A stretch of 64,000 nucleotides of DNA from Balanoglossus misakiensis (GCA_040954595.2 CM082589.2:2786075-2850074); one strand, 5' to 3'. Shown: positions 23,701 through 38,483, counted from the first letter of the stretch. A program made the numbers and translations. The notes: generated by a model not told the origin, from the letters alone.

Positions 23701-26700
23701 TGAGGAAAATAACTTTTATTTCAACAAAGAGTATTTTTTAATTTCTTCTTGTATTCAAAGGTGCCCATCTGTTAGGTGACGTGTTTTTTGGAAACCCGGC
23801 TGTGGACATAAAACCACTTTTGTCTGGTTTTGTGTTGGCATCGGAGAAAAGCACATACATGTTGAAACAAGTTTTCAACACGATTAAGAGCGATCTCTCA
23901 TTTGGACAAGAAAGACTTACCGCTATGGTTTAATTTGCAAAGTTTCTTTTAAAAATCTAAGGCCTCGGGTGTCTTGAAATTTTAATGGGCCTGGCTAACG
24001 CCCGACCCATGACAGATATGAACCTCAAACTCTCCCGTATCATAAAAGCAATTACGTCATGAATAATTAATGTAGAAACTTGATAATCTTGAGCTTGAAA
24101 CACACATTTAATCAGCCATTTTAGAAATTTATAGAAAGCAATTTACACGGCTTGATATCAGAACAAAGAAGAGCTCGCGGTTACTCGAGCTCCGCGAAGA
24201 CGTGAAACTTTTGAGATTATTACAAAAAGAAATTTAAAGTGCTTTCATATGTACAGGCGGAAGTGACGTAAGGTCTTTCGCGTTGCTTGGCAACTCCATG
24301 TCCATTCGAATCAGAAATCAGAAAAAGTTTCACTGCTGTCATTCTCAAGTTTGTGTAGTCAGTGATAGGCTACTTGTTAGTGGAAGTCTCCGTGACATGT
24401 TACGGAAAGTTACACAAAGTTATAGACAGGTCTGTCTGGGAACTATTGACCAACCAAGCAGACTACAACGAGCGCTAGGCTGTGTTTTTTCTAGGCGATA
24501 TCTGACCACTACTCGCACAGTTGGGAAATAGTTGTACTCTTGTTGATGAAACATCCAATGAATGGCTTGGAAGACGAGTCACGTGATACAGTCTCGCGCA
24601 ACCTTCAATTCCACTCTTGAAAAACAAATTTTCACGCCTTCAACTGAATTCCCCGACACGTCACCGTTTTTCATAACTAATGGTAATGCAACAATCCAAT
24701 AAATAACCATAATGAAAACGTAAATAGTTGAGTTTCTGTGATGAATTTATAATAGAAAGATGTCATAATCCTGCAGCAATTATACCGCAGGTCTCCGTTT
24801 GGACGTGGAGGACGTGACAGTGCATTGTTACATTTTATGACAATCCAAGTTATTTTCATATAACATGTATTGCTTGGCAGGGAAAAATACTGATAGCGTG
24901 TTTATAAACAGAAAAGTCGAACATGTGTAGTTCAGACTTCCGCTTTATTAGGAAATGCGATTTGGTTCGCCTTGGTCGGCTATCGAATGTTGGTGTGCGT
25001 GTAGCGAAATTTCTGCCAACAGCAGCGGCCCGCCATAGGTTGCTTGTTCCTGTGCTCCATCATTTATGAAGATGAATAATCGATGCCATAGCTGCTTGGA
25101 AAGACTTTGGGTCGCAATTTACTTAACAATATCTCCACGGCAACAGGCGGGCGAAGGCGGACCCATTCGTTTGTAATTGCAGTACCTGCCGGCCGCGAAC
25201 TTTATGCGTTTCAAAGCCTGGTTTGGGGCGTTGCAACAAGTCCCGTCTGAAATAAGAAAGAGGACAACATGAGAAGGGCGACCCAAAACGAGGCTACCAA
25301 GATGTCCGCCCAGTGTGGGTTTGGGGGGGGGGGGGGTCCACTGAAATCTCAGCGTTTTGTCGCCCTCATGATTACCCAGACATCATCGCGGTAGCTTGTC
25401 GCCTTATGGATGGAAAGCTTAGGCATTTTGTCGCTATTTTTAACAATTTCAAGTTTTATTTTACTCAAATTTTCATTTTAATACAAGAACACGCGACCCA
25501 TAATGCAGTTGGGTAAACGTCAATCGATTGATTGTTCGATTGATCGAGGCCTAATCAAATAAGAAACAAAAGCAAAAGAAAATAAATTCATGATTTTCCA
25601 AATTTCCAATGATATCTTCGCCATGTACAATGCAGGCCTAGATGCGAAGAACCCCACTTTGCTAATTTGAGGTACTGAAAACTAGCTGAATTTTTCTGAC
25701 AATCGCACCTGCGGTCCACAGAAGCCAAAGACGTTGGAATAGTCGACTTTTCCTCCGGTTGTAGTTTTGTTCCGTTTCTTCCCCGTTCTATTTTCAGAAG
25801 ACGGTCCATGTGAGTATGGGCAATTAGGATTTCGGGCATTCTGCTGATTTTCAGCGATCTTCATCAAATATTTAGTCCCTCTTCCAATCAGTCTGGGTGG
25901 CTGTTCATTATCGTAGAACAACAATACGGCGCGTTTGACCCCAATTTAGCTTGGCTCCAAGACACGTAAATGCCATCCTCGTTCTCTGATAAGGACAATG
26001 AAATTTGAAGAAACAAAAAACGAGGAAATGGTGAAATACGATCTGAAATCAGCGAGTTCACCCAGAGTGCAGCGAAAATGGAGAACTTTGTCGAGTTTTA
26101 GTAACTAATTCATTTATCTTGAAAGCAAGGAATGGCTGAACTTTTTTCTATTGTTAAAGTTTGTCAATCATAGACAATTTGAGAAACTCAGAGAAACCAA
26201 GAACAAAGCCCAGCTTTGCGGCTAGGTACGTACTGAGTCTGGAGAGGATGATTATGACTGTATTACAATGAAAATTATTCGGAATTACGTCCATTTTGTT
26301 GGAATCCTTCCTCGAAGGCTAAGAAAAACAGAAGTCTGACCTTTTAAATAAAAGCGAACTCAGAATGATGCGGTTGACTAAGACGCACCAGCGGTCATAC
26401 TTTTATGATTTTTTTAATTCCAGCGATCCGTTGAGCATGGAATCTCGGCTAAAAACATATTTGGAAATTTTTAAAGATAATCTCATTTTTGGACTATTTT
26501 TGCATACGACGATTATAAACCACCGTATTATATTAAATTATTTAGAAATGTAAACATTTTGTGGGACTCCTTCACCGAATATTAGTGGGAAAGGGGGTTT
26601 TCATATTGTTTTATCCTTTCATATTTATAATCGCACATATCTTGTGTATATACGTATTTTTTTCATTTTGTATGGAAATGTAAACATAATATGAATGTTT

Positions 26701-29180
26701 GGGAATGAAATCATACTTCACTTGGTGCACACACAAGGAAATCACAAACAAAGTTTACTTAATTTATAATCACGGCACGTTCTGTAGCATTTTTGGGGTA
26801 TGCGGTGCGTGGGCAGTGGAAGGAATGCGATATCTGAAGACAGGCACCTGTAACCACATAGCTGGAGAAAAAAACAGATATCCTTCCAAAATCGATGGCA
26901 CCATCTTAAAGCCATCCGCGAACCACGCTCACAAGTTTATCAATATTTTATTTGTACCCAGGTGCACGTTTGTTAACATCAGGTTTTCTTGGTTGAGGGG
27001 GTATTATCAACGGAAGGAAAGGGGGGCTGTATCTCTTCCCTCGTTCTGTGTCCGTCCTTTTTATCGTCTATCTCTTCTTCTTTACAGTCTGTCTTGAAAT
27101 ACGCCTGGATCTCCATACACTCTCAGCAAGTTCAAGTTTCAGCCATTCTGCTGTGAGGTAAGACTAAAATTAATTAATCAGAAACATGTCCATACGTCTA
27201 GTGTTGTTACCGCTCCAGTTGACACGCACTATTTTCTTTTCATTTGCACCAAACGGTGTGGATTGCTGCGCGTTAAATCTCCCTTCTCAGTCGTCTTGGC
27301 CGGTTCTCGCTTTTCATTGCGTCTTCGTCTGTTTTCGTAGTTGCGCCGTGTTGCTGGGTAGTTGGGGTGATCTAACCGGTGATTTAATCTTTTTGGTGAT
27401 GGTTTATAAGACTCTATCACCACAGTGTCGCTGTTGTAGATGACGCTGTTTTAAACATGAAAAAGCAGTGCCCATTTTTTATGATAAAAATAAATCCACT
27501 CCTAATTTTTGCGAGGATGGTATAAAACTACATTTGTATTTACAACACCAGGAGTTTGATCTTTTGGCCAGCGTCATTTCAGTGTTTGCCTTTGGTAAGA
27601 CACCAATAAATCTATTGACAGATGCAATGATTGGCACCGCACATCACATGTGGCATCGTTATAAGTTTGCCGTTCTACCTGCATTTCGGGGGAAAGTTTC
27701 TTGAAAGCGAGCCGATCAGTGTCCAACCCCCTGGCCACCTCCCATGGTATCTCTAACTAATCTTGTGGACTCCAAGGCATTATTGGCCGAGACATGTCAC
27801 AACCATTGTTGCCCGTTGGAGGTACCTTTTGCAACCAAAGCACGGGTACTTATTGGAAATTGTACCTGGATCATGGACGTAGTTGCATTATTATCGAAAT
27901 TGTGGCGTTGTTTGCCCGGAGACAGATTCGAAAGCTCTTTTTTGTGTTGCTTTTGATGAATCGTCGGCTTCCAGTCTTTGACTATGGAGATGCGTTATGG
28001 TGATTTCGCCATCACCAGAATTAAGTCGGAGAATTGATGTCTGCCGAAAAGTGGTATTGGATATGACTTCTCCGAATCTAATGCGAACATAACGGACAAT
28101 CAGACCAAAAGTATTTCATCCCTTTTTATTCCTGCGGCGCAATTGACCAGGAGTTCCTCGTTGCTTTAGAGACCATCATAATTGGTGTGAAACTGACGCC
28201 GCTATTGGCCACGGATGGTAAATGTTCCCGCACACTTCCAACGAGTCAGAAAGATTGAAAGTGCGAATAACAAAGTTCGTTTACCATTTCCAACATCAGT
28301 CAGTTTCTTCTGATGTTAAACTCAAACATGTTGATATTGTAATTGATCGTGAAAGAATCGCCGTGATAGAACATATCAGAAACTCGCAAGCACCTCTGTT
28401 CGTTAGACATGAATTAAACTGCACATTTCTGGCTGCTGATTTAAAACTTGGCAATTGTGGACGTTCTTATAAAGATAATGTAATCCACTGTAAAAGAACA
28501 TTAAAGTACAAGCAAATTATTTTAGACAGGCAGGCAGGCAGGCATACGGGCAGACAGATAGACAGGGGACAGTATCTCAAATACGGTATCTTTTACCCCA
28601 TTTATCGCACTTTGACAGTTCGCCGCCTGGACCGAAATCGTGCAGAAACCTTCTATCAAAAGCAATATATATTCAGAGCACCTGACAGGTCACTTAAATT
28701 TCAATTTTGGTATTAATGTTTTTCCATGTTGCTCTCGCGGCAAAAATCGTTACGTCAAATTCGAAGCTACGGAGAACACTAGGGAAGAGGTCAAGATCGT
28801 TGACCTAGCAGACAGCCTCCCAGGTATAACTGTCTTTCGCTCTCCCAGACTCATTTTGTAGCAAATATTTGGTCTTAATAATCGATGACTATCATAGGTA
28901 GCGAGGTCAAATTGGGGTCAACTTGTAATGGAAGAGAATGAGGGCTGTATTAATGCAGTTTTGTATTTGGCAGAGTTAATCCTCTCGTGTGATAGATGCA
29001 AGCCGCCATTAAATTAAACTTTTATGAATCACCTTGAGCTTGCACACTCTTCTGTGTTTTATCACCCACCCTATTCGAAACTCTTAATCTAGACCTGTAA
29101 TAGCGAAAATTAGTTTTATTCTTCTGAAATTTAAGCCTTTTGCAGATATTTGTTACATTTAGAGTTACTGACTGAATTTT

Positions 29181-29219
29181 GTTGTTGTTGGGGGTGGTGG
29201 TGGTGGTGGTGGTGGTGGT
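29181..29219. repeat. (GTT)3-(GGT)9 compound microsatellite
   Basis: Direct reading. Confidence 0.9.
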
Positions 29220-32200
29220 AGTGTTGTTCCTTTTTGGTTTCTAAATGAATACATACACAGTGTAGACAAACATATATTTAGGGTTAGGGATTTCAAAGTC
29301 TTCATTTGCTACGCTTTCGAGATTGCTCCAAGGCAAAGAATACAGTTCTTTTTTTTTCTTGAATGAAGAACACGGAAGATGTTCTTCTTTGTGCATTTAC
29401 ATTCTACATTTGTGAATAATTTATCTTGGTATCCAGAATGTGAATTTCTCGTATTCTGACCTCTCACATAAATACGGTGTCGTCAGATTTCTTGCGTGAT
29501 ATATGATACCAAACCCTTTGCCAGCATTTTCTTAAATTTTTTATCACATGCCTGGACAAAACCGGCGAGTTCTTTCAAATCTTGTAAGTTGATACTCTGC
29601 AAATATACAAGTTTCTTGGGGTGACTTAATTTCTTCTAATTGACGAAGAGAATTGGCAATGACGACCGCGGGTGATCGAATTCATGGTTGTAAGTAAAGC
29701 AATCTCTGCTGCCATTTTCGTTCAAAATGGCGACCTGGTCGCGTGATTTCAAATTTTATAAAAATGCCCTACAAAAAAGTAAAAAATTGGTAGATAATGC
29801 TATGTAGCTTCAGCTTCATCTCATGCGCCGCAAGGAAAAAATGTCCTTGTACTGTTCGACTGCTTGTTACTATTAAAGGGACTCTGGTTCATATGCAAAA
29901 ACTAGTACTTTTCGTGCCACAGTGCTTTAGCAATATTCGACATTAACCCCGTCTGACTGAAGCAGCTTCATTTTGAACCAGGATGGTGGGAATGCCGTGG
30001 TTTTTATACTCGAGGCAAAACGTAGCAAATGCATTTGAAAATACCGCCGGATATCGCATTTTGTTTGGACACCTGCTTGGTTGCCAAATCTTGAGAAAGG
30101 TCGACATTGTACTATCATGATGAAGACTATATTTGAATAATCAAGAAAACTTCCACTTTTAATATGAAAATTACAGTCACCTTGTCTGATATAAAATAAC
30201 CTAATTTTTTCGACGTCTGCAAAATACTGTACCGCTGAGTTTTTGTTGATATTTATTTATGCATTTCTAAGGTCAAATCAATTGACCAGTATGGAAATAC
30301 GCCACCTGGTATTTAGAGCAACACATATTTCTGCTTCGTTCTCGCAGAATTTTCGTTTCGTGAAATTTTTAGATGCAGATGGTCCGCTGCTACCTTTCGC
30401 ATCTGTTCCTCTTGTCTCAATTTCCCATTGAGACCGAGAACTTACGCGCCGTGGCCCACTCGAAACATTCCAGTAGCTATCGGCTGCGCAGACACCTGCG
30501 CAGACAGAGCGGAAACCAATCAGAGGCAGTTTTTTTACCGCAGGTAGGCTACTCGCAGTAAAACGATTAAGACTTAGAAGACGCCATTGTTCTCCGGGAA
30601 ACCATCATAGGGCCAAACCGCCTTCTGGATTCCTCCTAAAGTGACTATACTTGCTGTGGTGTTAACTTTGGCAATTGTAGGAAAGCCCGAGACTGGGTAA
30701 TTTGCAGCAATTATGTATTTCAATATTGACCAGGGGAGAGAAAAGAGCCTAAATAAAATTGGCGGGTGTTGATATAAGTGGTGGTCGATGAAGTGCCCGC
30801 AATGTCGTTATAGCCGGGGAAGATTTCATTCCTGGTGGAGGCCGCCCAGAACTGTTTCAGAAGTTGTCGGCAATTCTCTTTTGTGCCAGCTCACTTAGAG
30901 CCAGTGTTCGCCTTTGCGAGCACTAATTTGACTTCAGGCTCGATCAAGTACAAAAGTGTGCCTCCAGCGACAAAAGACGATAATTCCAACACGCCTATTC
31001 AAAGTTGTGGCATCTTTCACGGCTCTGTCACGTTTTTCAATTCGAGCCTTTCCCCCCTTGTTTTCGCTTTTCACAATCGACATTTCTCTCTCTGCTTGGC
31101 TTTCACAAATCATCATTGAAGAGAGGCTTTGGTGATACTTCAGGGGCTGCGAGCAGTCTGCGTTTGCGTTTGTTCTTGCCGACAAAGAGTTTCCGTTCCC
31201 GGCATCCCTTGTTCTAAAAAGCCTCCGTGAGAGAGATAGGTGCCCACCTTATTTGACTAAATCCCTTCCCTTGCTGGTGATGAATGACTGTCGTCAAGCT
31301 TTAAGTCGACTTAACTTTTATGCATTTTTGTTGTTGCTTTTTTGTGCACATGTATTTTCAGTTTCTTGTGTTGTCTCGTTCAGCCTGGTGTGTTTGGACC
31401 AGGGTCAATCGTGGTGACACGCGTGTTCTATTGAATACAAGGTATCAGACTTGACATTCGAAACTCTTCTCAGTGGAAACCAACCCCGATTATGCTTCAG
31501 GTAGCGGGAAAACGACATCCCCCGCCTGTCGGCGACGAATAACCGATAAGTCGAAACTACCCAACACGAGTCCATTTCTCGCACTTTTCCCATGAAAATC
31601 AGTTCAGAGGTCGGGTGTCGGATCCTAACCTTCTAGTCCCAGCCCGAAGCTAGTTCCCCGGTACAAACACAAAGAGTTAATACGCCTTTTTTCTACCTTC
31701 ACATACTTTTTTGTCTGTGGGGTAGGGGCTCTTTGCAGAGTGTAACAGCGCCACGTGAATGTGAAAGTGTACATCTCCGAGAAAGTAGAGTCGTAGTGAG
31801 TGATGGAAGATAGATTTGGGGTTGTTCGACACAGATTTTCGCTTCTATCTCGTTTCGGGTTAAATTGTGAAATCCTATTTTCTCTTGTTCCTCGCAATAA
31901 TACCCCCACTAGATCAAGAGAATGTATTCATTGTAATCACATTTTTGTTTACAAAAATAACATTTGAGGATACTAAATCGTATTTAACCATCCGTTGGTA
32001 TGTTGTGGTGCAGAACAGCGTGTTGGGCGACGTGGGATGTGCAACTTGCTGGTAGCATTCTGTTGGGCAATAGACAGGTGTGCGCTGCATGTTGCTTGAC
32101 TGATCAGCGTGTCGGTATTCGTTCAACGAAGTAACTTGGTGATTTAACACTGTCAACTAGGACGTAGATAGCTTGTAAACCGCTTACTTTCTAGACAAAC

Positions 32201-35200
32201 TGTCGACGAACGTTTAAGATAAAGAACCTGTCAAGAGACATGGCTAGTATTGCGTAGCTTATAACGATTCTATACTTCCAGTTCTTTCTTTGTCATAAAC
32301 ACCAAACTATAATTTACGCGCAAACTGCCGTATGAAAGTAATAATCATTTCGTTGACGATAATTATGAAGCTCTTACGGCTTTAAAGAAGCAAGAATAGG
32401 TCGTGTTGTTCATGTATTTTTTGCATAATATCGAGAAAAGAAGTCCCGACCCCGGGACAGCTTCTGGGCTTACGCTATCACGCTTTGTAGTCCGCACTTG
32501 CGCAGATCGATCATATCTTAGATGCCGATAATCTCGAGGGAAGCGTTATACAAACACGCTCTTTGCTGACTATTTGAAAGAAACACATAAAGCAATTCAC
32601 TTCTTGCGCATATCGTTTCTGGTCTGACGTCATTGTTTGGCGCTGTGCTGCCAGCTTCGAGTAGCGCATCGTGTTGGAGCCGAAAATCGAGTCCATCTGT
32701 CTTCTGATGAATATTGTCGCCCCGAAAATTTAAGTTGAGTCGCAGACTATATCGTGAAATCGTTCAAAGAGTATTGGTTCGAGATGTTGCCGATACTGTG
32801 GAAACTCATTTCTAGGAGAAAATAAACGAATAGTCCCGAACAAGACGACTTCAATGAAAGCTTGCCATGAAATCTATGTGAATCGAGGATGGTATTTATT
32901 TCAATTTCGTTCCCAAGCTCCAGGGAAGGGATGCTGTAATAAGGGGCCCGTGTTTGTAATCTGTACTTGTTACAATAGGGAAATTTGCCCATTTTTTCTC
33001 TCCAGTAAATTATCCCCATAAAATTTACATTGCACCACTAGCGTAATATTCAGCGCTACCGGTGGTGGCCGAGATCACGTGATCGTGTCTTTTTTCCCTC
33101 TGCTCTCCGTGTCATTCGTTTTCATCTTTTCTGTTAATATCGTCGCCTTGCAATCTGTTCGGCGGGATTTTTTTTATGAAGTTTAACAACAGAGGGCCGT
33201 GGGGCTCTGTCGGTCGTGTCTTGGGTCACTGTGTAGTACGCAAGGAAACAGCGCTCCGAGTCCCATGCGATAATATTTTCTTTGTGCGATTTTCCGGGAA
33301 ATGCCGGCTTTTGCGGGTACAGTCGAAATCCGCCCCGAATCGCGAAGTTGACGGGCATGTTCGCAATAACATTAATTTGGAAAAAAGCTTCTTAATTCGA
33401 AATTACCGGAAGAACGGTAAAGACGGGGCGGATATATTTTACAGCAAATACGGAATTCCATCGCGGCTATTTCTGACAATTTGTTATTCCGTTCCCGTTT
33501 TCCTTTGGGTTATTTTGCACAAATGCGTGCCAGGTTCGATACAGCTCATCCCCCGCCTACCTTTTAATTCCTTGAAATTTCTTTTAAGTAAAGGCGCCAT
33601 ATCGGCAAAGATTTGGGGGGTCACTGAACCGCCAGTAATATATATGCACAATGTCACGTATGTTTTTCATCCAGTCGTGTGATTGTCAAATTTCTCTTTC
33701 GGTCACCGTCGCTTCTTTTCTCTCCCTCTCCCCGCTCCGATAATGTGACAGTACCTCCGATAGTTCTACGTGTCAATTATGTGCCACAAATTGTATTCTG
33801 ATCTAGATACACGAGTATTTCTCATCAAATATGTGAGAGAAAAAATATCAGATGGAAGGTAACCCATAACTCGGTAGCACTCCGCGTAATGAAATGTAAC
33901 AAAGTAATGTTTCTGCGATATTAAGCCCCGCAGACGAAAAGATGGAAGATTTCATCTGATCGAATACAGTTGTTCATTTTATCAGCATTGCATTTACTTG
34001 TCGCCAACTGATTCAACTCTATATTATTCTGACTTTAGCTGTAAGCGCGCTCAGCACTGAGCCAGTCACAAGCCAGCCGTTCAGTGTGTGCTCGCTGTCG
34101 CCAATAGTGTCGACGGTGATAATGTTTTAGTCGTGTCTTTCTCCGGGGCAAGTGGGATTTTTTTTTTCTCTTTGGAAAATCAAAATGAATCCTACTATCA
34201 TGCGAGTGTTGAATTAAAACACTGTCGACGGCATGCGTTCAATTTATACGATGGGAAAAAATTACGCTTCTCTTTCGCGGAATTCGTTTAACGCGTCTTG
34301 TCGTGTCACTCCAAAGTCATGCGTGCTTCTTTTCTCATTTTGATCGAATTCGCGCCAGTTCCTGATAGAACATGCCAGTGAAACACCGCGAAAGAACAGC
34401 ACATTTTTCAGCAATACCCGTGCCATTTAGCCACTTCCAATTACACTGTGTGACGCGAATGAATCAAATATTTTTTTGTTATACAATGTACTTATTTTGG
34501 GGTGGCTTCAGTTGTGAGGTTCTGATGCATCATAGGCTTTCTCGGGCGGTCTTTCTCGCGTGTGCTGTGTCACGAACGCAGAGTCGCACGGACTGATGGC
34601 ATTTTCTCTTGCACGCACACCCCAAAACAATTCCTCCCAGAGCGTGATCACAAGCCGGGGAAACAAATTCTACAACTGCAGCATTCTTCACAATAACATC
34701 AGCCCTGGAAACCTGGCACGGTGTTTACGATACCTGCGACATGTCTCCAGCGGGCGGAAAATATCGGCACTGTTCGGTGTTCGGTCAATCTTAGAATATG
34801 TCTACCCTGAAGAGAGTGCCAACGAAGCCCGACAGCCATAATTTCTTCAAACCCTATATCCACATGCAGACATGTGCATCGTTTTCGTGCTCTCCAAATA
34901 TAGACTTTTCTTGTGGCGTATTTCGCGTTCCTGTAAAGAACTTAGGGATGGGATACTTTTATCACTCAATTGAAATCCTGTGCTGTAAAAATCCAAGTGG
35001 TTTTTCTAAATTTATTCGTTCTTGTGTTGCAGTTGTTGTTATTGTCATCTCCATAAATTTCTGAATTCTTTTTCATAATCTTTAAATTTTGTGAGGCTTG
35101 ACGGCGGCTTGGCATTTTCAATCAAATAATGGCGGATTAAAGCCAGGATGGTTTGAGGTGGTTTTTTTCTTCATCTGGGAGATAACTTATGCACAAAACT

Positions 35201-38200
35201 TGGTTTTTAAAATGTGCACCCAAATCTAAAAACAAATTGTATACACGTATTTTTTAAATACATAAAAAACGCTCATACGGGGTACCTTAAAGATAGATGA
35301 CAATCTTCTCGGTCGGGACGAATAACAAAAATTGAGATAGAGAAGGAGGAAAATGCGATGCTAACTTGACTATTGTACGTACGGTAATCTTAAACGTAAT
35401 TTCCAACAATCATAAACAGCAGAATTACACCTCCGAGTCCTATATTTAACTTAGTGCACCCAGGTGTCGTTGAGATGAAATACGATTCCATTTCCACAGA
35501 TTGGGAACAAGTTAATTTTCCAGTGTAATCCACGATCCGACCCTCCAAGATATATACAAGATATGTAGTATTACATCCAATGCGAAATCTCATTTCTTGC
35601 TAATTAAATTAGCGACATGATTTACTAACAAGCCGAGGACATAAATTTCATTTTTGTCCGTGAATTAATTCTATCTTTCTTTCCTAATTTGGGAGTTAGT
35701 TTCTCCGAGTCCCCGATGCGCGGAGAGGGTGCGGTGCTCGCGGCGTGTGTCGTCTGAACGCCCGGTGGTGGGCCGTCGAGTGCCCGGTATAATTGGGACA
35801 CATCTTGCTGGGAATCTTAGAAAGGACAGCGAAAATTCAAAGCAATTTCGTAAGAAGATAGCGTAGAAACAACATTCACAATAGTTCGGCCAATAATTCG
35901 TTGGCGGTGGCATGGTGACGCATGCTATTTGCATCCACTGTGCAAAGCCACGGTTCACATCCAAGACAACGCGAGATCTCCCAAAGACGAGGCGAGATCT
36001 CTCGCAGGTGTGGTACCTTCCCTCCCTGTTAAACATGTGTGCTTCAGTTCAGTCGAAACCGAAAATTTGGGTGCTCATGTTATCGCTGATCAACTTCATT
36101 TTTGGCGTTGGAAAATCCCCCCCAAAGAAAACTTAAAGTTTCTAAGCGTGGTATCCGCGCCATATGCATATCACCGTGTAGAAAAAAAATCATGGTGCAT
36201 GACGTCAGTGTGTGATGCGCTGGAAAGGCGGAATGCGCTTGAGAGAAAGTAGTCCCCCCAAAGGGAAGCCTCGCGGCGATTGGTAATTTTGAGAAAAGTG
36301 TCAACCGCAGGCGGAAGCCGCCACACTTGTACAAACACGCTTGTAGTAAAAAGACCAAAACACGTGGTGTCACTTAAAGAGCATGGAGAATTTATTCATA
36401 ACCGTGTTCCTACTGGAAATTTGCATGTAAACTTTAAGCAGGTGGCCACTTCCATAACCGACGCACCCCTCCACCTAAATTACTAAGCAACGCTTGATAT
36501 TCATGGAAATCACTCCATGGCGAAGATTGGGAACGTCAGTGTGCTATTTTTTCGAAACAAATATCCACCCACGAATGTGGTGTGTGCTGATTTTAATGGA
36601 TACTTGTACTCAGAAACAGCCAAAATTATTATAACGGCGATTTTTTTTAATTCTTGCTCTAGATGGGTCCTCACAATACACTGTATCGCTGTTTCAGATA
36701 ATGTGTAGTTCACACGAGCTATTTACGATGTACCGGCATCGCTTTACTTCAGTAGTTCAATGTACTGAACTATCAGTGCAATGTAATATTTATCAGTCCA
36801 CGATGGAAATGTGAACTTGAGTGTCGCCTGTGCGGGGTAGCCCGTGGGTAGAGCGCCATGCATTGTTGAACCGGAAGAGAGATTCTCGGAAAAAAATTGA
36901 AGTGTGGAAATGTCTAGCATTGATAGATTCCAGATCTACTTCTTCATAACGTGATGATCAAAACTGAACAGGGTTTTCCGCGTTTTTTTTCACCTCCTGA
37001 AAAACTTTATCTTTGTAAGTGGTTTTGTTCAGAGTGGGATAAAAATGTGTCGCCGCGGGAAGCTTGTCGCTCCTCTTACAACTTCGCTATCTCAAAGACA
37101 GCCGAGTGAGTTGTTTGGTCCTGGGGATCTGGCGAAATTTCTGAATTGAAACGGGTTTACGGTTCAAACAATGGAAACTGCTGCCGTGTGTCATGTGGGG
37201 CGATTGCCTGAAAATGTTGTGCTTCTATGGTGTCGTTGTGATTATGGCTATTGGCTTCGCTTTGCAACAAGTGTCGGGTCATTTCAGCAAATCTTGTCCA
37301 AAATATCCTCTAGAAATAGAGCGGGAAAATTGGGTGTGTGGTGCGGCGAGTGGGATTCCTCCATCAAACCGTCAGTCGAGAAAATTCCCTTTCTGTCGAA
37401 TATTTACAAGGTCGGTTACTCCCAGCTCTGCCCGACACTTTATTTGTTTGTTTAAAAAAGAAGACGAGTTCGTAGGTGTTCTGTCCTGTTGTGGCACTTC
37501 TTTTCAACAGTAGCAACTTGTATAATGAAAATGGGGGTTGTATTGTCAGGGTTATTTTCCGTGCCATTAGATGGCAGTTCTCTTTAATGAGTTGCTAAAG
37601 TCGTGTTTGCTTTTGGCCAGACCCCATTGCTGGCCACCAGAAAGGCGCTTTGGTCATGCAAATGGCGGCGTAAGCGGGCAGGCGTCCGCGCGTCTTATTT
37701 AGTTGTTATGATGATGAATAAGAGACTAACGCAGTCTATCCACTGAGTAAGCAATAATGTGTCTATTTAGACACTTTCCGTGCAAAAAACTGGAGCGACG
37801 GCCTCCAAATGCGATCAGGCGACAAATTTGGCTCCGGAATCGACTCGCCAGCAAAATGGCGCATGTTCGTTCTTTGACGGGAGGAGTGTCAGGATTTCTT
37901 GTTCTATTTTTTCAGGAGAAACTTCGCAAATTTGACGTTCTTGCTTAAGAAAACAAAAAGACGATTGTTCAGGAAAACACTGGCCGCAAAGCAGTGAATT
38001 GGCGCGGTATTCGCGTATTTACACAAGCTTTAAACAATACTACTTGACCAATACGAGTTAGAACCAATAAAACAAATATGTCTGTTGGTACAGGCTAGCT
38101 TTGGGCGCTTTTCGAGAGAGTCCGGTCCCCTTGTGCTGATGGAAACGGTAACCAGATCCGCCCGTGCAGGCCACCCTTCTACTCCAAGTCGACCAATTTG

Positions 38201-38483
38201 TTGAAATTGAATTAACCGAAGTCAAACACTAATCATCGAACGTGGAGAAATTCCTTACGCCTGGTTACCAGTGATGGCCACAAAATTCGGCTGGGCCACG
38301 CTGTACTTTCAACGACGAATCCGAACAAATTTCCGCAAAATGGTGAAATTCGAGTCGTTCGGCTGGAAGCTGTTGTGCGATGGACGGGAAATCAAAACCA
38401 GACATATCCACGTTTATATGATTACCGAAATGGTATATTTTTGGAGATCTTACTGCTCCCTAAAAAAACACGCGCATCCAGGG

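Noticed and set aside
36832-36875. tRNA/SINE-like head (ggggtagcccgtgggtagagcg...gttgaacc)
   Set aside because: The A-box resemblance is degenerate, there is no proper B-box at the right spacing, and no cloverleaf forms.
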